Source: Planctomycetota bacterium (GTDB lineage Bacteria > Planctomycetota > Planctomycetia > JALXBF01). From it: 64,000 nt of DNA. The stretch is from the NCBI GenBank assembly GCA_026991575.1, contig JALXBF010000058.1:1-64000 (forward strand), in the 5' to 3' direction. The position numbers and the translations under genes were made by a program. The notes below the pieces were generated by a model. The model did not search any database and was not told the origin of the DNA. It was given only the letters and a program-made list of their open reading frames with translations. This document shows, one piece after another, positions 10,694 to 20,817 of the stretch (within the stretch, counting starts at the first letter, position 1; each line of letters starts with the position of its first letter).

Positions 10694-12900
10694 GCTGCTG
10701 CGCTGGGACGGGCCGAATCGGGCGCCCCCCCACCAGCTTGCGGCCGCCCGCCCCCGTAGAAGCGGTTGGCCAGGTAGTGTTCAACGACGAAAAGGCTTGC
10801 CAGGAAAAGTGCCAGGTAGGGGAACAGCTCGCGGCCCCTGCGCACGTTCGCCAGCGCGTTGCGCAGCTCGTCGACCGTGCGCACAATCACCGCACTGTCT
10901 TCCGGAAACAGCGCCTGAACCTGGCCCTTCGATAGCCGCTCCAGCCGGCTCTCGATCCGCGATGCATTCACCGAAAACCCCCACGTCTTCTGCACACCAC
11001 CCTGCCCGGCCAGCACCAGGCGGTAGTGACCTACGGTGGCAGGAGCCGCAATCAGCAGCTTCGATTGACCGGCTTCCAGCACCCCTTCCAACCTGGCCCC
11101 CCCTTTCGGTGGCACCACCGTGTACGATGCGCGCGCACTGGTGCGGTCAACTGTCAGCACCACATCCTGGCCGGCAATCCAGTTCCAGCGGCGGTGGGCA
11201 ACGCCGGCAAGGTGGAGCGTCATGCTGTCCATGAGGATGACAAACGTGGTCGGGGACTGGGGTAGATCGTTCCAGCGTTCCAGAACGGGAGCCGCACTCA
11301 CCGGGGTGGTCATCAGCATCACTCGCCCGCGCCGCGGCGCTGATGTCGGATCGGGAGCCGCTGCTTCTTCCGGTTCCAGCCGCTCCATCAGCGCTGGCTG
11401 GCCGTCCGTGTACCGCAGCACGACACGGGCCCGGTCTTGCTGTTTGGTCACTTTCCAGTAGCGGTACACGACAACCTGTCCCAGAGCGGTCTCGTTCCAC
11501 TCATGCAACAGCCGGACGGCCGGATGGCCCGGCACGGCCGCTTCCAGGTGGACGGGTTCGTCCGGATCGGCAAGCGCATCGGGCTGAGCGGGCAGGAGCG
11601 ACTGAGCTTCCACCGTGGCGTACAGCTCTGGCTGGCAGCGTTTGCCGACGAAGAGCGCCAGGCCGCCGCCTGCGCGGACATGTTCGGCGAGCATGCGCCA
11701 GTCGTCGCGGCCGGGCCCAGACAGGTCCAGCAAGAAAATGACGTCGTACTCGCCGGGCTGGACCCGGCGGAGCACGTCCGGGTCTGCGCGTTCGACCCGG
11801 TGCCGGAGCCGGCCGAGCCGCACCAGTTCGCGGGGCGCCAGGGCCTGCACCAACGGCTCCGCCTCCAGCTCGCGCGGCGAGACGACCAGCACGCGCGTCG
11901 GCTGCCGCACCTCCAGGGAGAAAAACCACTGGTCGTCAAATCGCAGCCCACCCCCATCACCACGGAAGCGGATCATACCTTGCCGGAAACCAGGCTCCAG
12001 GGCCCGCAGGACGAAGTCATGGCGGATGGGGGTTCCGGCTCGCAGATCAACCGCCTGCTGACCGCGCAGCTGGCCGTCAAGGGTAAGTTCGAGCCGTCCG
12101 GAGGCGTCCACCCCGATCGCTTCAAGCTCTGCCCGAATCGTTACGCTTGAGTGGGCGGGCACACTGTCGCTGGTCGGGCCACCGGAAAGCACCACCACGT
12201 TGCGTACCTGCTCACGACCCACGTCAAAGACGCACACCCCTACGCCGCCTGCGATCTGCCCCATGGCTTGCTGGACGGTGTCAGCAGCACGCAGGTCCAA
12301 GCTACCCTGCATGAGGTCAGTAAACACGTACAGCTCCTTGCGCTCGATGGAAGCCTCGCGGAGCTGCCGGAGCGCCTCGAGCAAGGCTGGCGTGAGATCG
12401 TGCACGCCGGGTTGTACGCGGAGGCCGGCCACGCGGCGCAACGCCTCACTCGGCCGCATGAAGACGGCCACCTCTGGTGCGGCAGCGTCAACGACCAAGA
12501 CCTCCGAGTCCTCCGGTAGCTCTTCCAGCAGTCCACGCGCCGCCTCCTTGGCATGCTCCAGCGCGCTTTGCTCCTGGCCGTCGGCATACTCCATTGACAA
12601 GCTCGTATCGAAGACCATTGCGACCGCCGCCGGTGCTCGCTCGTCGAAGGCACCTCCGGAGCGTGAGATCCGCGGTCGTGCCAGCGCCAGCGCGACGAGG
12701 ACGATGAGCAGGACGCGGAGCGCAAGCAGCAAGAGGTGGCGGAGACGGAGGCGACGAGTGATTCGCTGGTAGCGGTAGCGCAGCAGCCGCAGCGCCGGGA
12801 ACGGCTCGTGCCGGGGCTTCTCGCGCAGCACCAGATGGATAATGATCGGCAACACACCCAACAGCGCCCCGGCCGCCAACGCAGGATTGATCCAGTCCAT
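10690..12900 (-). CDS. BatA-domain/vWA membrane protein
   Basis: N-terminal LPIIIHL...FPALRLL...LLLLALR...ALARP (BatA N-terminus), DTSLS MIDAS-like motif, FTD, C-terminal TM. 4-bp overlap with the downstream gene. Confidence 0.85.
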   Translation of the reverse strand: MDWINPALAAGALLGVLPIIIHLVLREKPRHEPFPALRLLRYRYQRITRRLRLRHLLLLALRVLLIVLVALALARPRISRSGGAFDERAPAAVAMVFDTSLSMEYADGQEQSALEHAKEAARGLLEELPEDSEVLVVDAAAPEVAVFMRPSEALRRVAGLRVQPGVHDLTPALLEALRQLREASIERKELYVFTDLMQGSLDLRAADTVQQAMGQIAGGVGVCVFDVGREQVRNVVVLSGGPTSDSVPAHSSVTIRAELEAIGVDASGRLELTLDGQLRGQQAVDLRAGTPIRHDFVLRALEPGFRQGMIRFRGDGGGLRFDDQWFFSLEVRQPTRVLVVSPRELEAEPLVQALAPRELVRLGRLRHRVERADPDVLRRVQPGEYDVIFLLDLSGPGRDDWRMLAEHVRAGGGLALFVGKRCQPELYATVEAQSLLPAQPDALADPDEPVHLEAAVPGHPAVRLLHEWNETALGQVVVYRYWKVTKQQDRARVVLRYTDGQPALMERLEPEEAAAPDPTSAPRRGRVMLMTTPVSAAPVLERWNDLPQSPTTFVILMDSMTLHLAGVAHRRWNWIAGQDVVLTVDRTSARASYTVVPPKGGARLEGVLEAGQSKLLIAAPATVGHYRLVLAGQGGVQKTWGFSVNASRIESRLERLSKGQVQALFPEDSAVIVRTVDELRNALANVRRGRELFPYLALFLASLFVVEHYLANRFYGGGRPQAGGGAPDSARPSAAA

Positions 12901-13020
12901 CACACCTCGTCCGCTGTCAGTTTCTCAAGCGGCTCACGCGTCTGGACACCACCCTCACAGTCACCCCCCTCACACCAGCCACCGCAACCACCGCCACCAG
13001 TGCGTGCCAGCTCGGCGCGA

Positions 13021-13950
13021 TCAGAACCGCTGGCTACGAGCCACCAGGTAACTCGTCAGGGCACGGTCAAACGGCACGCCCGTGTGCAACGGCACGTAGT
13101 CGATCCGGAGTCGGTAGCACTCCTGCTTTATTGTCTCCCGAAACTGCGCCAGCGTCTCCAGGTAGCTGGTGCGCACGCCTCTTGGGTCCACCGTCAACTT
13201 CTCGTGGCTTTCCGGCTCCTCAAATTCCGTCAGATCCTCGAACGGGAACTCCGCCTCGGCCTGCTCCAGCACATGGAACACGATGACGTCGTGTCCCTGA
13301 TGCCGAAGATGACGGAGGCCACGGAGCACCGGCTCCAGATCCTCCTCCAACGATGCACCCGGCGCATCGGCCGGTGGCAAGAAATCGCTCAGCAAGACTA
13401 CCAGACTGCGGTGCCGGATCATGCGGGCAAGCTGCGTCAGTGAGGCTTCCATGTCGGTGCGACCGCTCGGCTTCAAGCGGCTCAGAAGCGCAAGGACATT
13501 GCCCAGCTGCTTGCGCTGTGCCCGCGGCTCCAGGCTGGTGCGCACGCGATCGGCGAACGCAATGACCCCCACCGGGTCCTGCTGCCGCACCATGAGATAC
13601 GCCAAAGCGGCGGCCAGACAGATGCAGTACTCGAACTTGGTCAGTTCCTGAAGCCGCTGATACCCCATGGATTCCGACAGGTCCATGCACAGGAAACCGG
13701 TGACGTTCGTCTCAGCCTGGTACTGCTTCACGTAGAACCGGTCCGTGCGGGCGTACAGATTCCAGTCGATGGTTTTCAGATCGTCGCCGGGCACGTACCT
13801 GCGATGCTCGCTAAACTCGACCGAGAACCCATGGAACGGGCTGCGATGCAGGCCCGCCAGGAAGCCCTCCACGATAAACCGTGCCCGCAGGTCCAGACGT
13901 GCCACCTGGCGAATCAGCGCGGGGCTCAGATAGTCGGTTGCTTTCCTCAT
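13021..13950 (-). CDS. DUF58 vWA-like protein (MoxR-associated)
   Basis: GLHRSPFHGFSVEFSEHRRYVPGDDLKTIDW, DLSESM, LSDF. Start is uncertain (13950 or 14016). Confidence 0.9.
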   Translation of the reverse strand: MRKATDYLSPALIRQVARLDLRARFIVEGFLAGLHRSPFHGFSVEFSEHRRYVPGDDLKTIDWNLYARTDRFYVKQYQAETNVTGFLCMDLSESMGYQRLQELTKFEYCICLAAALAYLMVRQQDPVGVIAFADRVRTSLEPRAQRKQLGNVLALLSRLKPSGRTDMEASLTQLARMIRHRSLVVLLSDFLPPADAPGASLEEDLEPVLRGLRHLRHQGHDVIVFHVLEQAEAEFPFEDLTEFEEPESHEKLTVDPRGVRTSYLETLAQFRETIKQECYRLRIDYVPLHTGVPFDRALTSYLVARSQRF

Positions 13951-14096
13951 CGGTGCACGGAACGCACTTGGCCTGCCGGTACCCCGGGTTCCCTCAGCAT
14001 AGTCACAGATGACCACACACTACAGCTCTGCACGCCGGTCCGTGTCGCCGACCGCCCTGCCCGCCAGCTCCCGCACACGACGGGCGCCGCGGCGCG

Positions 14097-14570
14097 CTAG
14101 AGCGTATCCGGAACCAGCAATTCATTATCCGGTGAATAGAAGCCCTGGTCTGGCACCTGGTACAGGCCACGGGTTTCGCGTGCCAGGTAGGTGGCGAGCG
14201 TCTGGGCGAGCCGCCGCAGCGGCGACTTCGCCGGAGTGATCAACGGCACGCCAATGATGAACAGCTGCTTTGTCTTGCGGATCGTGTCCAGCACCTCGTC
14301 GACGTGCTCGCCAGTGCGGCCCTCGAACGTCGCAATGACGGGCCGTACCTCCTCTCGTACTTCGGCATCACCTTCCGGTCCGCCACCCACCCGCTCCACC
14401 ATGACCCCTTCGCGGGCCCCTGGTACGCGGAAGGTCACTTGCTCCCAGTCCACATCCTCTCCCAACACTTCGGACTCAAGCTCAAAGCCATGGCGTAGAC
14501 AGGTGTCCAGCAGGTCGGAAGCGTGGGGGCAAGTCCGTTTCGTACCGAAGACACGGATCCAGTAAGCCAT
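14097..14570 (-). CDS. Hypothetical protein
   Basis: 157-aa ORF with protein-like composition and an AGGAG SD; no family recognised. Confidence 0.7.
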   Translation of the reverse strand: MAYWIRVFGTKRTCPHASDLLDTCLRHGFELESEVLGEDVDWEQVTFRVPGAREGVMVERVGGGPEGDAEVREEVRPVIATFEGRTGEHVDEVLDTIRKTKQLFIIGVPLITPAKSPLRRLAQTLATYLARETRGLYQVPDQGFYSPDNELLVPDTL

Positions 14571-14836
14571 GCTCCTTGCCTTCTACTGGGGGGAGTCCCG
14601 CGCTAGGGTTCGGCCCACCAATCGAGCGTTCCCATGCTACGACATGCCGAGCGTCTTGCCAAGCCACTGGCGCGGCGCTCGCCGAACGGCACCCGTGATG
14701 GCCAAAAAACACAACCAGCCACGCGCGCGGAGACGCCCGCCACGCATGGCTGGCTTGGTTTCTCACAGCAACAGTCAGCCGTCCGAGCCTACCAGCCGGA
14801 TCAGGCCACAGAATCGAACACCGGTAGCCTGCAGGC

Positions 14837-15136
14837 TTACTTCTTGCGGCCCACGCACTCAGGCCCCTCGAGGGGGTCCTTCTTTTCCGTAATCTGTGGG
14901 CACTGGCTGGCCATCTCCCGGTTCAGGTCAATGTACTCGCGCATGTCATCGGGCACGTTGTCCTCGTGGAAAATTGCCTCCACGGGGCACTCCGGCACGC
15001 ACGCCTCGCAGTCGATGCACTCGTCCGGGTTGATGTAGAGCATCTGCTCCCCTTCGTAGAAGCACTCGACCGGGCAAACGGCCACGCAGTCCGTGTACTT
15101 GCAATCGAAGCAGTTCTTCGTGACGACGTGCGCCAT
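14837..15136 (-). CDS. 7Fe-type (FdxA-like) ferredoxin
   Basis: [17 protein letters not shown] and [12 protein letters not shown]; start ATG 15136 with AAGGAG SD. Confidence 0.95.
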   Translation of the reverse strand: MAHVVTKNCFDCKYTDCVAVCPVECFYEGEQMLYINPDECIDCEACVPECPVEAIFHEDNVPDDMREYIDLNREMASQCPQITEKKDPLEGPECVGRKK

Positions 15137-15459
15137 TGCGTCGCTCCTTTCCTGTTCGTCCCAACCCAGAGATACACCCCGTGGCGGCTTGCCCCCCCGA
15201 TAGGGGCCCACCGCACCGCCAGTCTCGTCGAATCCTAATGCGGCCTATGCCCCCTGTCAAGCGACCGCTGCACCGCGGAAGCGCATGATCGTTGGCCGGT
15301 CGCGCGGATCGGCGGATTGGCCGATCGGGAACGGTCCGGTTCTGCATGAAGGGGAGCGAGCGAGCGCGGAGGTACTCACGTGGCGGGCGGCTGAGGGGCC
15401 GCGGTGCGTGGCCAACAGGGGTTGTCAGCGGTGAGATAGGCCGGTAGGGTAGCAGCGCG

Positions 15460-15984
15460 ATGAGCTACCCGTCGAGCCAAGGCACAAAGCGGCGTTGCTG
15501 CCGCACGGGCCGAGAACTGAAGCCGGGCGACGTCTACTTCGCTGCGCTCGTCCGGACCGAGGAAGGTCTTGTGCGCCTTGACTTCGCACCGGAAGCATGG
15601 CAAGGGCCGCCGGCCAACGCCATCGGCTACTGGCGTGGTCGAGTGCCCGTGCCGGCCCGGCGCCGCCGCCGGATCGACGATGCAACTGCTTTGCGTCTGT
15701 TCGAGCAGCTCGAGCAGACCGCCGGCGAGGACCACCGCCTCCGACTGGTGCGCTATCTGTTGGCCCTGCACCTCATGCGCCGCCGCATCCTTCGACTGGT
15801 GCGCATCGAGGTGCGTGGCGACCAGGAGTACATCCGCGTGCGGCACACTCGCGAGAAGACGCGCGAGTGGTTGGTCTGGTCCCCCGTGCTTGAGGAGGGC
15901 GAGCTGAGGGAGCTGGAGGGCCAGTTAGACGAGCTGCTCGCCCCGCTGCTAGCTTCCACGTCGGACGGCCATCGGGCGGCATAG
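15460..15984 (+). CDS. Conserved-looking hypothetical protein
   Basis: RRCCRTGREL...LALHLMRRRILR; globular composition; co-oriented with the next gene. Confidence 0.7.
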   Translation: MSYPSSQGTKRRCCRTGRELKPGDVYFAALVRTEEGLVRLDFAPEAWQGPPANAIGYWRGRVPVPARRRRRIDDATALRLFEQLEQTAGEDHRLRLVRYLLALHLMRRRILRLVRIEVRGDQEYIRVRHTREKTREWLVWSPVLEEGELRELEGQLDELLAPLLASTSDGHRAA

Positions 15985-16012
15985 TCAGCGCCCGGCGTGC
16001 AAGGAGGTGAGC

Positions 16013-17044
16013 ATGACGGCAACGCGCGGCATTCTGTCCCGGCTGCTCCGGCAAGGGACCCTGCTGCGCGCGGTGCTGGCCATCGTAGCAGCCTGTGCCA
16101 CGGTGGGCTGCCAGGCATGGCGCGGTCAAACGCTCGAACTGCTCCGCCGGCAGCCGACCACCGACGAGGTCATCGCCGCAGTCAACGCGAACAACGGCCT
16201 CATTGACACGCTGCTCTGCGACGACGTCGCCATCACGGTCAGAGCCGGCCAGAGCCTGCGGCAGCGGGTCCGTTCGGCCGTCGCGACCCACCTTGCGCTG
16301 CGTGGCCGGCTCGCAGTGCAGAAGCCGCGGCGGCTACGCCTCATCGCCGGCACGCCATTCTCGCGCGAACTGGACCTGGGATCAAACGACCGCGAGTTCT
16401 GGCTGTATCTCCGCCAGGCCCAAGAACCCTCGCTGGGCCCCGGCAAACACCCGGTGCTATATCACTGCACATACGAGCAATACCGCCGCTCGGGCGCCGA
16501 ACTGCCCCTGCAGCCGGAATGGGTCATCGCAGCGCTGGGAATCGAAGAAGTCGACCCCGCGGCCAGTCACTTTCTGCAACCTGGTCCGCCAGGTACCGTG
16601 GAACTGGCAACGCCCACCACGCTGTCGAACGGACTTCCGGCCGTCATCGTGCGTGTAGTCGCGCTGAAGTCTGGGACCATTCAGGCAGTGCGTTTGGAAC
16701 GGGGCGCCGTGGTCGTTGCGGAATCGACGCTATCGGGCCATATCCAGGATCCGACCACCACGGCCGTCGTACCGACGCGCGTCACCTTCACCTGGCACCC
16801 CGCCGACCTGACCGTCACGCTCAAACTGCGCCGGATCCGGGTCAACCCGCCGCTGACCACCGGCCAACTCAGCCGTCTGTGGGAATCGCCTTACGCGCAA
16901 CTCGTCGGCCGCGGCCTGGCGCAGGCAATCAACATCGCAGAGGCAGCCGCTCGGCGGCGGGCTTCGGGACAGCCGCGCCGCAGCAATGTTCAGCTACTGG
17001 GTCCAGAAGCGCTCGACTTGCCCCCCAGCGCCCCACTGCGTTGA
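16013..17044 (+). CDS. Putative exported/lipoprotein hypothetical protein
   Basis: Signal-like N-terminus ending TVGC (lipobox-like), DLGSNDREFW; AGGAGG SD before ATG 16013. Confidence 0.7.
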   Translation: MTATRGILSRLLRQGTLLRAVLAIVAACATVGCQAWRGQTLELLRRQPTTDEVIAAVNANNGLIDTLLCDDVAITVRAGQSLRQRVRSAVATHLALRGRLAVQKPRRLRLIAGTPFSRELDLGSNDREFWLYLRQAQEPSLGPGKHPVLYHCTYEQYRRSGAELPLQPEWVIAALGIEEVDPAASHFLQPGPPGTVELATPTTLSNGLPAVIVRVVALKSGTIQAVRLERGAVVVAESTLSGHIQDPTTTAVVPTRVTFTWHPADLTVTLKLRRIRVNPPLTTGQLSRLWESPYAQLVGRGLAQAINIAEAAARRRASGQPRRSNVQLLGPEALDLPPSAPLR

Positions 17045-17068
17045 ACCGGCTCTGCGTCGCGGTCGTCG

Positions 17069-17653
17069 CTACTTCTGTTCGTCGCTTGGCACGAGCTGAC
17101 GAAGCTTTTCGCGCACGCGGTACAGCGTCGGGCCGATCGAGTTCTCAGCGATTCCCAGGATCTCGCTGATTTCCCGGTACGACTTGCCTTCGAGATGGTA
17201 GAGCCGAACGAGCTGTGCTTCGCGCTCGTCGAGCCGCTTCAACATGCGATCGATCTCGTCTCGGTCAGTGATCCGCTCAAGTGTCTGGTCGGCATCCGTG
17301 ACGTGCAGCGGAACGGACCGTGCTTCGGTGTGTCCCAGCTGCTCCTGGAACTTCCGCTTGATCAGCTCGCGCACGGCCACCCGTCGCGCAATAACGGTCA
17401 GGTACGTGGCCAGACTTGCCCGGCGACGGAACCGGCGCAGGACGGCAAAATCATCGGCGACAATCGTCAGCAGAATCTGGGCCGCGATGTCTTCGACATC
17501 GGCGGGCTGTAGCTTTACGCTGCGGGCATAGGCGGTGTGCTGGATCACGTGGTAGAACAGCCCGGTAAACCGCTCGACAAACGCGCGCCACCCCTCCGGG
17601 TCGCGTCGCAGGCAGCGTTCGAGGATTTGCCGGTCAAGCTCCGTCAGGGCCAC
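17069..17653 (-). CDS. ECF-type RNA polymerase sigma factor
   Basis: Region 2 (VEDI...LATYLTVIARR) and region 4 HTH (EGKSYREISEILGIAENSIGPTLYR); GTG 17653 with GGAGG SD. Confidence 0.9.
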   Translation of the reverse strand: MALTELDRQILERCLRRDPEGWRAFVERFTGLFYHVIQHTAYARSVKLQPADVEDIAAQILLTIVADDFAVLRRFRRRASLATYLTVIARRVAVRELIKRKFQEQLGHTEARSVPLHVTDADQTLERITDRDEIDRMLKRLDEREAQLVRLYHLEGKSYREISEILGIAENSIGPTLYRVREKLRQLVPSDEQK

Positions 17654-17828
17654 TTCGAAACCTCCAGCCCCGGTGCGGCCACCGCACCGAAGCATGCTCG
17701 GACCGCCGGCCCCTGCTCAATCTCTCCCTTCGATTCTACCCGGAATTGCCTGCCCGGTAGGTTCTCTGAGGGAAACATGCCACCCAGCGGTGCTTGCGGC
17801 CCGAGGCTCCGGCCACAGGGTCAGCGGC

Positions 17829-19466
17829 TCACAATAACGCCTGCAACCAGTCGGGAAACACTCCCGGGGGCGGTAGCTTGACGACGCGGGCATGGTCGAT
17901 TTGCGGATGAGCCAGGACCGCCTGGACCGCCTCTTCTGGCGGAACGGAGTCGAGGTTGAGCACGGCGATCGCCTCGCCACCGGGTCGCTCCCGTCCTACG
18001 TTCATTGCCGCGATGTTCACCTTGTGCTCCCCAAAGATCGTGCCGATGTAGCCGATGATGCCCGGCACATCGCGGTGCCAGAAAATCAGCAGGACGCCGT
18101 CCAGGTACGCATCCAGATGGAACCGGCCCAACCGGACGATGCGCAGGTACTGACGGCCAAAGATCGTGCCGGCCGCCACGTGCTTGGCCCCGTCCGATCC
18201 GACCTCTGTAAGGATCATCGTTGCGAAGTCGCCCGTTTCGGTGGTCTTCTCCTCGACGATTTCGATACCCCGCTCCTGCGAAAGCAGCTCCGCGTTGACC
18301 AGATTGACCGTCTCGACCAGCGCCTCCTGGAGCAGCCCGGCCGTGAAGCTCATGGTGATCAATTTGGTGTTCCGCCGTGCAATCTCCCCCCGGTACACGA
18401 TCCGTACCTTACGAATCGGGCCGGGCACGAGCTGCGCCTGAAGCAGACCAAGCCGGTACGCCATGTCGATCTGGTACTTCAGCTCCTCCAGCTCGGCCTT
18501 GTCCAAGCTGGGCATATTGACGGCATAGCGGACGCGGCCGTGCAGCAGGTAGTCCACCACAAGCTGGGCCGCTTCGATAGCCACCGACACCTGCGCCTCG
18601 CGAGTGGACGCCCCCAGGTGCGGGGTGACGACCACATTGGGGTACTTGAGCAGCGGATGGTCCAAGGGGGGTGGCTCGACCTCAAAGACATCCAGTGCCG
18701 CGCCGGCGACGTGCCCTGAGCGGATGAACTCCTCCAGTGCCGCTTCATCCACGATCCCACCGCGGGCGCAGTTGATGATCCGAACCCCTGGTTTCGTCTT
18801 GGCCAGCTCCGCGCGGCCGATCATCCCGCGAGTCTGCTCGGTCAGCGGCGTGTGGACGGTAATGATGTCCGCCACGCGCAGCAGCTCGTCCAGGTTGTCA
18901 ACCCAGCGGATCTCGTGCTCTGTTCCCCGCTCCGGGGCGCGGTACGGATCGTAGGCAACAACCTGCATTTCCAATCCCAGCGCGCGGCGAGCTACGGACA
19001 TGCCCACCCGGCCCAGGCCGACGATGCCGAGAACCTTGCCGGCCAGCTGCGTGCCGACGAACCGGGATCGTTCCCACCGGCCGGCCTTCACCGCCTCGCA
19101 GGCCGGGACGATGTTGCGGGCCAGCGCCATCAACAGCGCGAGCGTGTGCTCGGCCGTGCTGACCGTGTTGCCACCCGGAGTGTTCATGACGACGATGCCC
19201 CTCCGGGTAGCCTCGGCCAGATCGATGTTGTCGACGCCGACGCCGGCACGCACGATCACGCGGAGCCGCTGGGCGCGAGCCAGCACCGAGCGGTCCAGCC
19301 GCGTGCCGCTGCGGACGATCACGCCGTCTGCGGTCGACAAGGCCTCCGCTAGCTCCCCGTCCCGCAGCCCCGGCCGATAGTCCACGCTCAGCTCGGCTGC
19401 TCGTTCGAGAACCTCGATCCCTTCGTGCGCGAGCGGATCAGTGATCAATACGCGCCACTTCGCCAT
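17829..19466 (-). CDS. serA: D-3-phosphoglycerate dehydrogenase (long form, ASB+ACT)
   Basis: RAGVGVDNID, GLGRVG, INCARGG, TPHLGAST, C-terminal ACT domain HRDVPGIIG...NIA. Confidence 0.96.
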   Translation of the reverse strand: MAKWRVLITDPLAHEGIEVLERAAELSVDYRPGLRDGELAEALSTADGVIVRSGTRLDRSVLARAQRLRVIVRAGVGVDNIDLAEATRRGIVVMNTPGGNTVSTAEHTLALLMALARNIVPACEAVKAGRWERSRFVGTQLAGKVLGIVGLGRVGMSVARRALGLEMQVVAYDPYRAPERGTEHEIRWVDNLDELLRVADIITVHTPLTEQTRGMIGRAELAKTKPGVRIINCARGGIVDEAALEEFIRSGHVAGAALDVFEVEPPPLDHPLLKYPNVVVTPHLGASTREAQVSVAIEAAQLVVDYLLHGRVRYAVNMPSLDKAELEELKYQIDMAYRLGLLQAQLVPGPIRKVRIVYRGEIARRNTKLITMSFTAGLLQEALVETVNLVNAELLSQERGIEIVEEKTTETGDFATMILTEVGSDGAKHVAAGTIFGRQYLRIVRLGRFHLDAYLDGVLLIFWHRDVPGIIGYIGTIFGEHKVNIAAMNVGRERPGGEAIAVLNLDSVPPEEAVQAVLAHPQIDHARVVKLPPPGVFPDWLQALL

Positions 19467-19513
19467 CGCTTTCCCCGCTGCCGGGTGCCGCCGCCCGGCA
19501 ATCGCTTCTCGGT

Positions 19514-20656
19514 TTACTGCATCTGGAGCACAGCCTCCTGGGCCGCGGCCACCGCGGCCCCTGCCCGCACACCGGACCAGCCTGCCTGCTTCAGCGCCAT
19601 CTCCAGGGCGGCCATCGCTGCGACGACATCCAACTCATCCATGTAACCCATGTGTGCAATGCGGAACAGCTTGCCCTTCAGCTCATCCTGACCACCGGCA
19701 AACTTGATCCCGTAGTTCTGCTCCAGCCAGCCTAGCAGAGCGGCCAGATCGACCCCGGCTGGGGCGCGCACGGCCGTGAGCACCTCAGCAGGCCGTCGAG
19801 CGAACAGCTCCAGGCCGAGCGCCCGCACACCGGCGCGGCAAGCAGCAGCCATCCGGCGGTGGCGGGCCCAGACGTTCTGGAGTCCTTCGGCACGAAGCCG
19901 CTCCAGCGCGCGGTCCAGGGCGGCGATCAGCGTGTGAGCCGGTGTGAACGGTGTATCTTGCTGCTGGGCCTTCTCGGCCAGTTTGCACAGATCGAAGTAG
20001 AACGGGCGGGCCGGATGACTGCGAATCCGCTGCCACGCTGGCTCGCGCACGACGACGAACGCCAACCCCGGCGGTAACATCAACGCCTTCTGCGAACCAG
20101 CCACGACGATGTCTAGCTCCCAGGCATCCACCCGCAACTCCATTCCGCCTGCGGCACTGATCGAATCCAGCACGAATAGCGCGCCATGTTCGTGCGCGAC
20201 ACGGCAGAGCTCCGCAGGGTGGTGTGCCGCGCCGGTGGACGTCTCGCAGTGGGTCGCAAACACGGCCAGCGGATCGCGGACACGCCGAAGCGTGTCAGCC
20301 AACTGGTCGGGCTCCACAGACTCACCCGGAGCCACCCGAATCTCCGTCACCTCCGCGCCGATTCGCTCCGCGATCTGTCGCCACCTGGTTCCGAACCGGC
20401 CCGCGCTGGCAACGACCACCGAATCGCCCGGTCGGACCAGATTGGTAACAGCTGCGTCCATGGCCCCGGTGCCCGAGCAGGTCAGCACGAGGACCGGCTG
20501 GCTTGTGCCAAACAGCCAGCTTAACTTCTCCTGCACGCGCGCCAGCGTGGCGCGGAACTGGGCCGTGCGATGGTGGTAGACCGGCTGGGCCAGTTCGAGC
20601 AGCACTTCCGGCGGCACCGGACTTGGCCCGGGTGTCATGAGGCGGGGTTTCTTCAT
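19514..20656 (-). CDS. Class V PLP aminotransferase (alanine-glyoxylate/serine-pyruvate type)
   Basis: LMTPGP, SGTGAM, HCETSTG, DSIS, GSQKALMLPPG, RIAHMG. Confidence 0.9.
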   Translation of the reverse strand: MKKPRLMTPGPSPVPPEVLLELAQPVYHHRTAQFRATLARVQEKLSWLFGTSQPVLVLTCSGTGAMDAAVTNLVRPGDSVVVASAGRFGTRWRQIAERIGAEVTEIRVAPGESVEPDQLADTLRRVRDPLAVFATHCETSTGAAHHPAELCRVAHEHGALFVLDSISAAGGMELRVDAWELDIVVAGSQKALMLPPGLAFVVVREPAWQRIRSHPARPFYFDLCKLAEKAQQQDTPFTPAHTLIAALDRALERLRAEGLQNVWARHRRMAAACRAGVRALGLELFARRPAEVLTAVRAPAGVDLAALLGWLEQNYGIKFAGGQDELKGKLFRIAHMGYMDELDVVAAMAALEMALKQAGWSGVRAGAAVAAAQEAVLQMQ

Positions 20657-20817
20657 CAGTTGCTGCCCCCCGAACAGCCAGTACGGCCAGGCGACGTACC
20701 GACAGAACGAATCCCATTCTATGGTCGCCGGCCGAACGGCCGGTTGTCGCCGGCGCGCGGCTGCGGGCGCGGCCGGAGCCGCGCCCGCGAGAAGTTTGCC
20801 AGGGGTCGATGCCCGCG

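Noticed and set aside
12940..13005. C/A-rich run of CCA/CCG triplets (G-rich on the minus strand)
   Set aside because: Short and irregular; not a CRISPR or true tandem repeat, with only weak two-tier G4 potential.
14600..14700. GCTAGGGTTCGG resembling the start of a guanidine-I (ykkC) riboswitch
   Set aside because: Downstream conserved elements are absent and no + strand gene follows.
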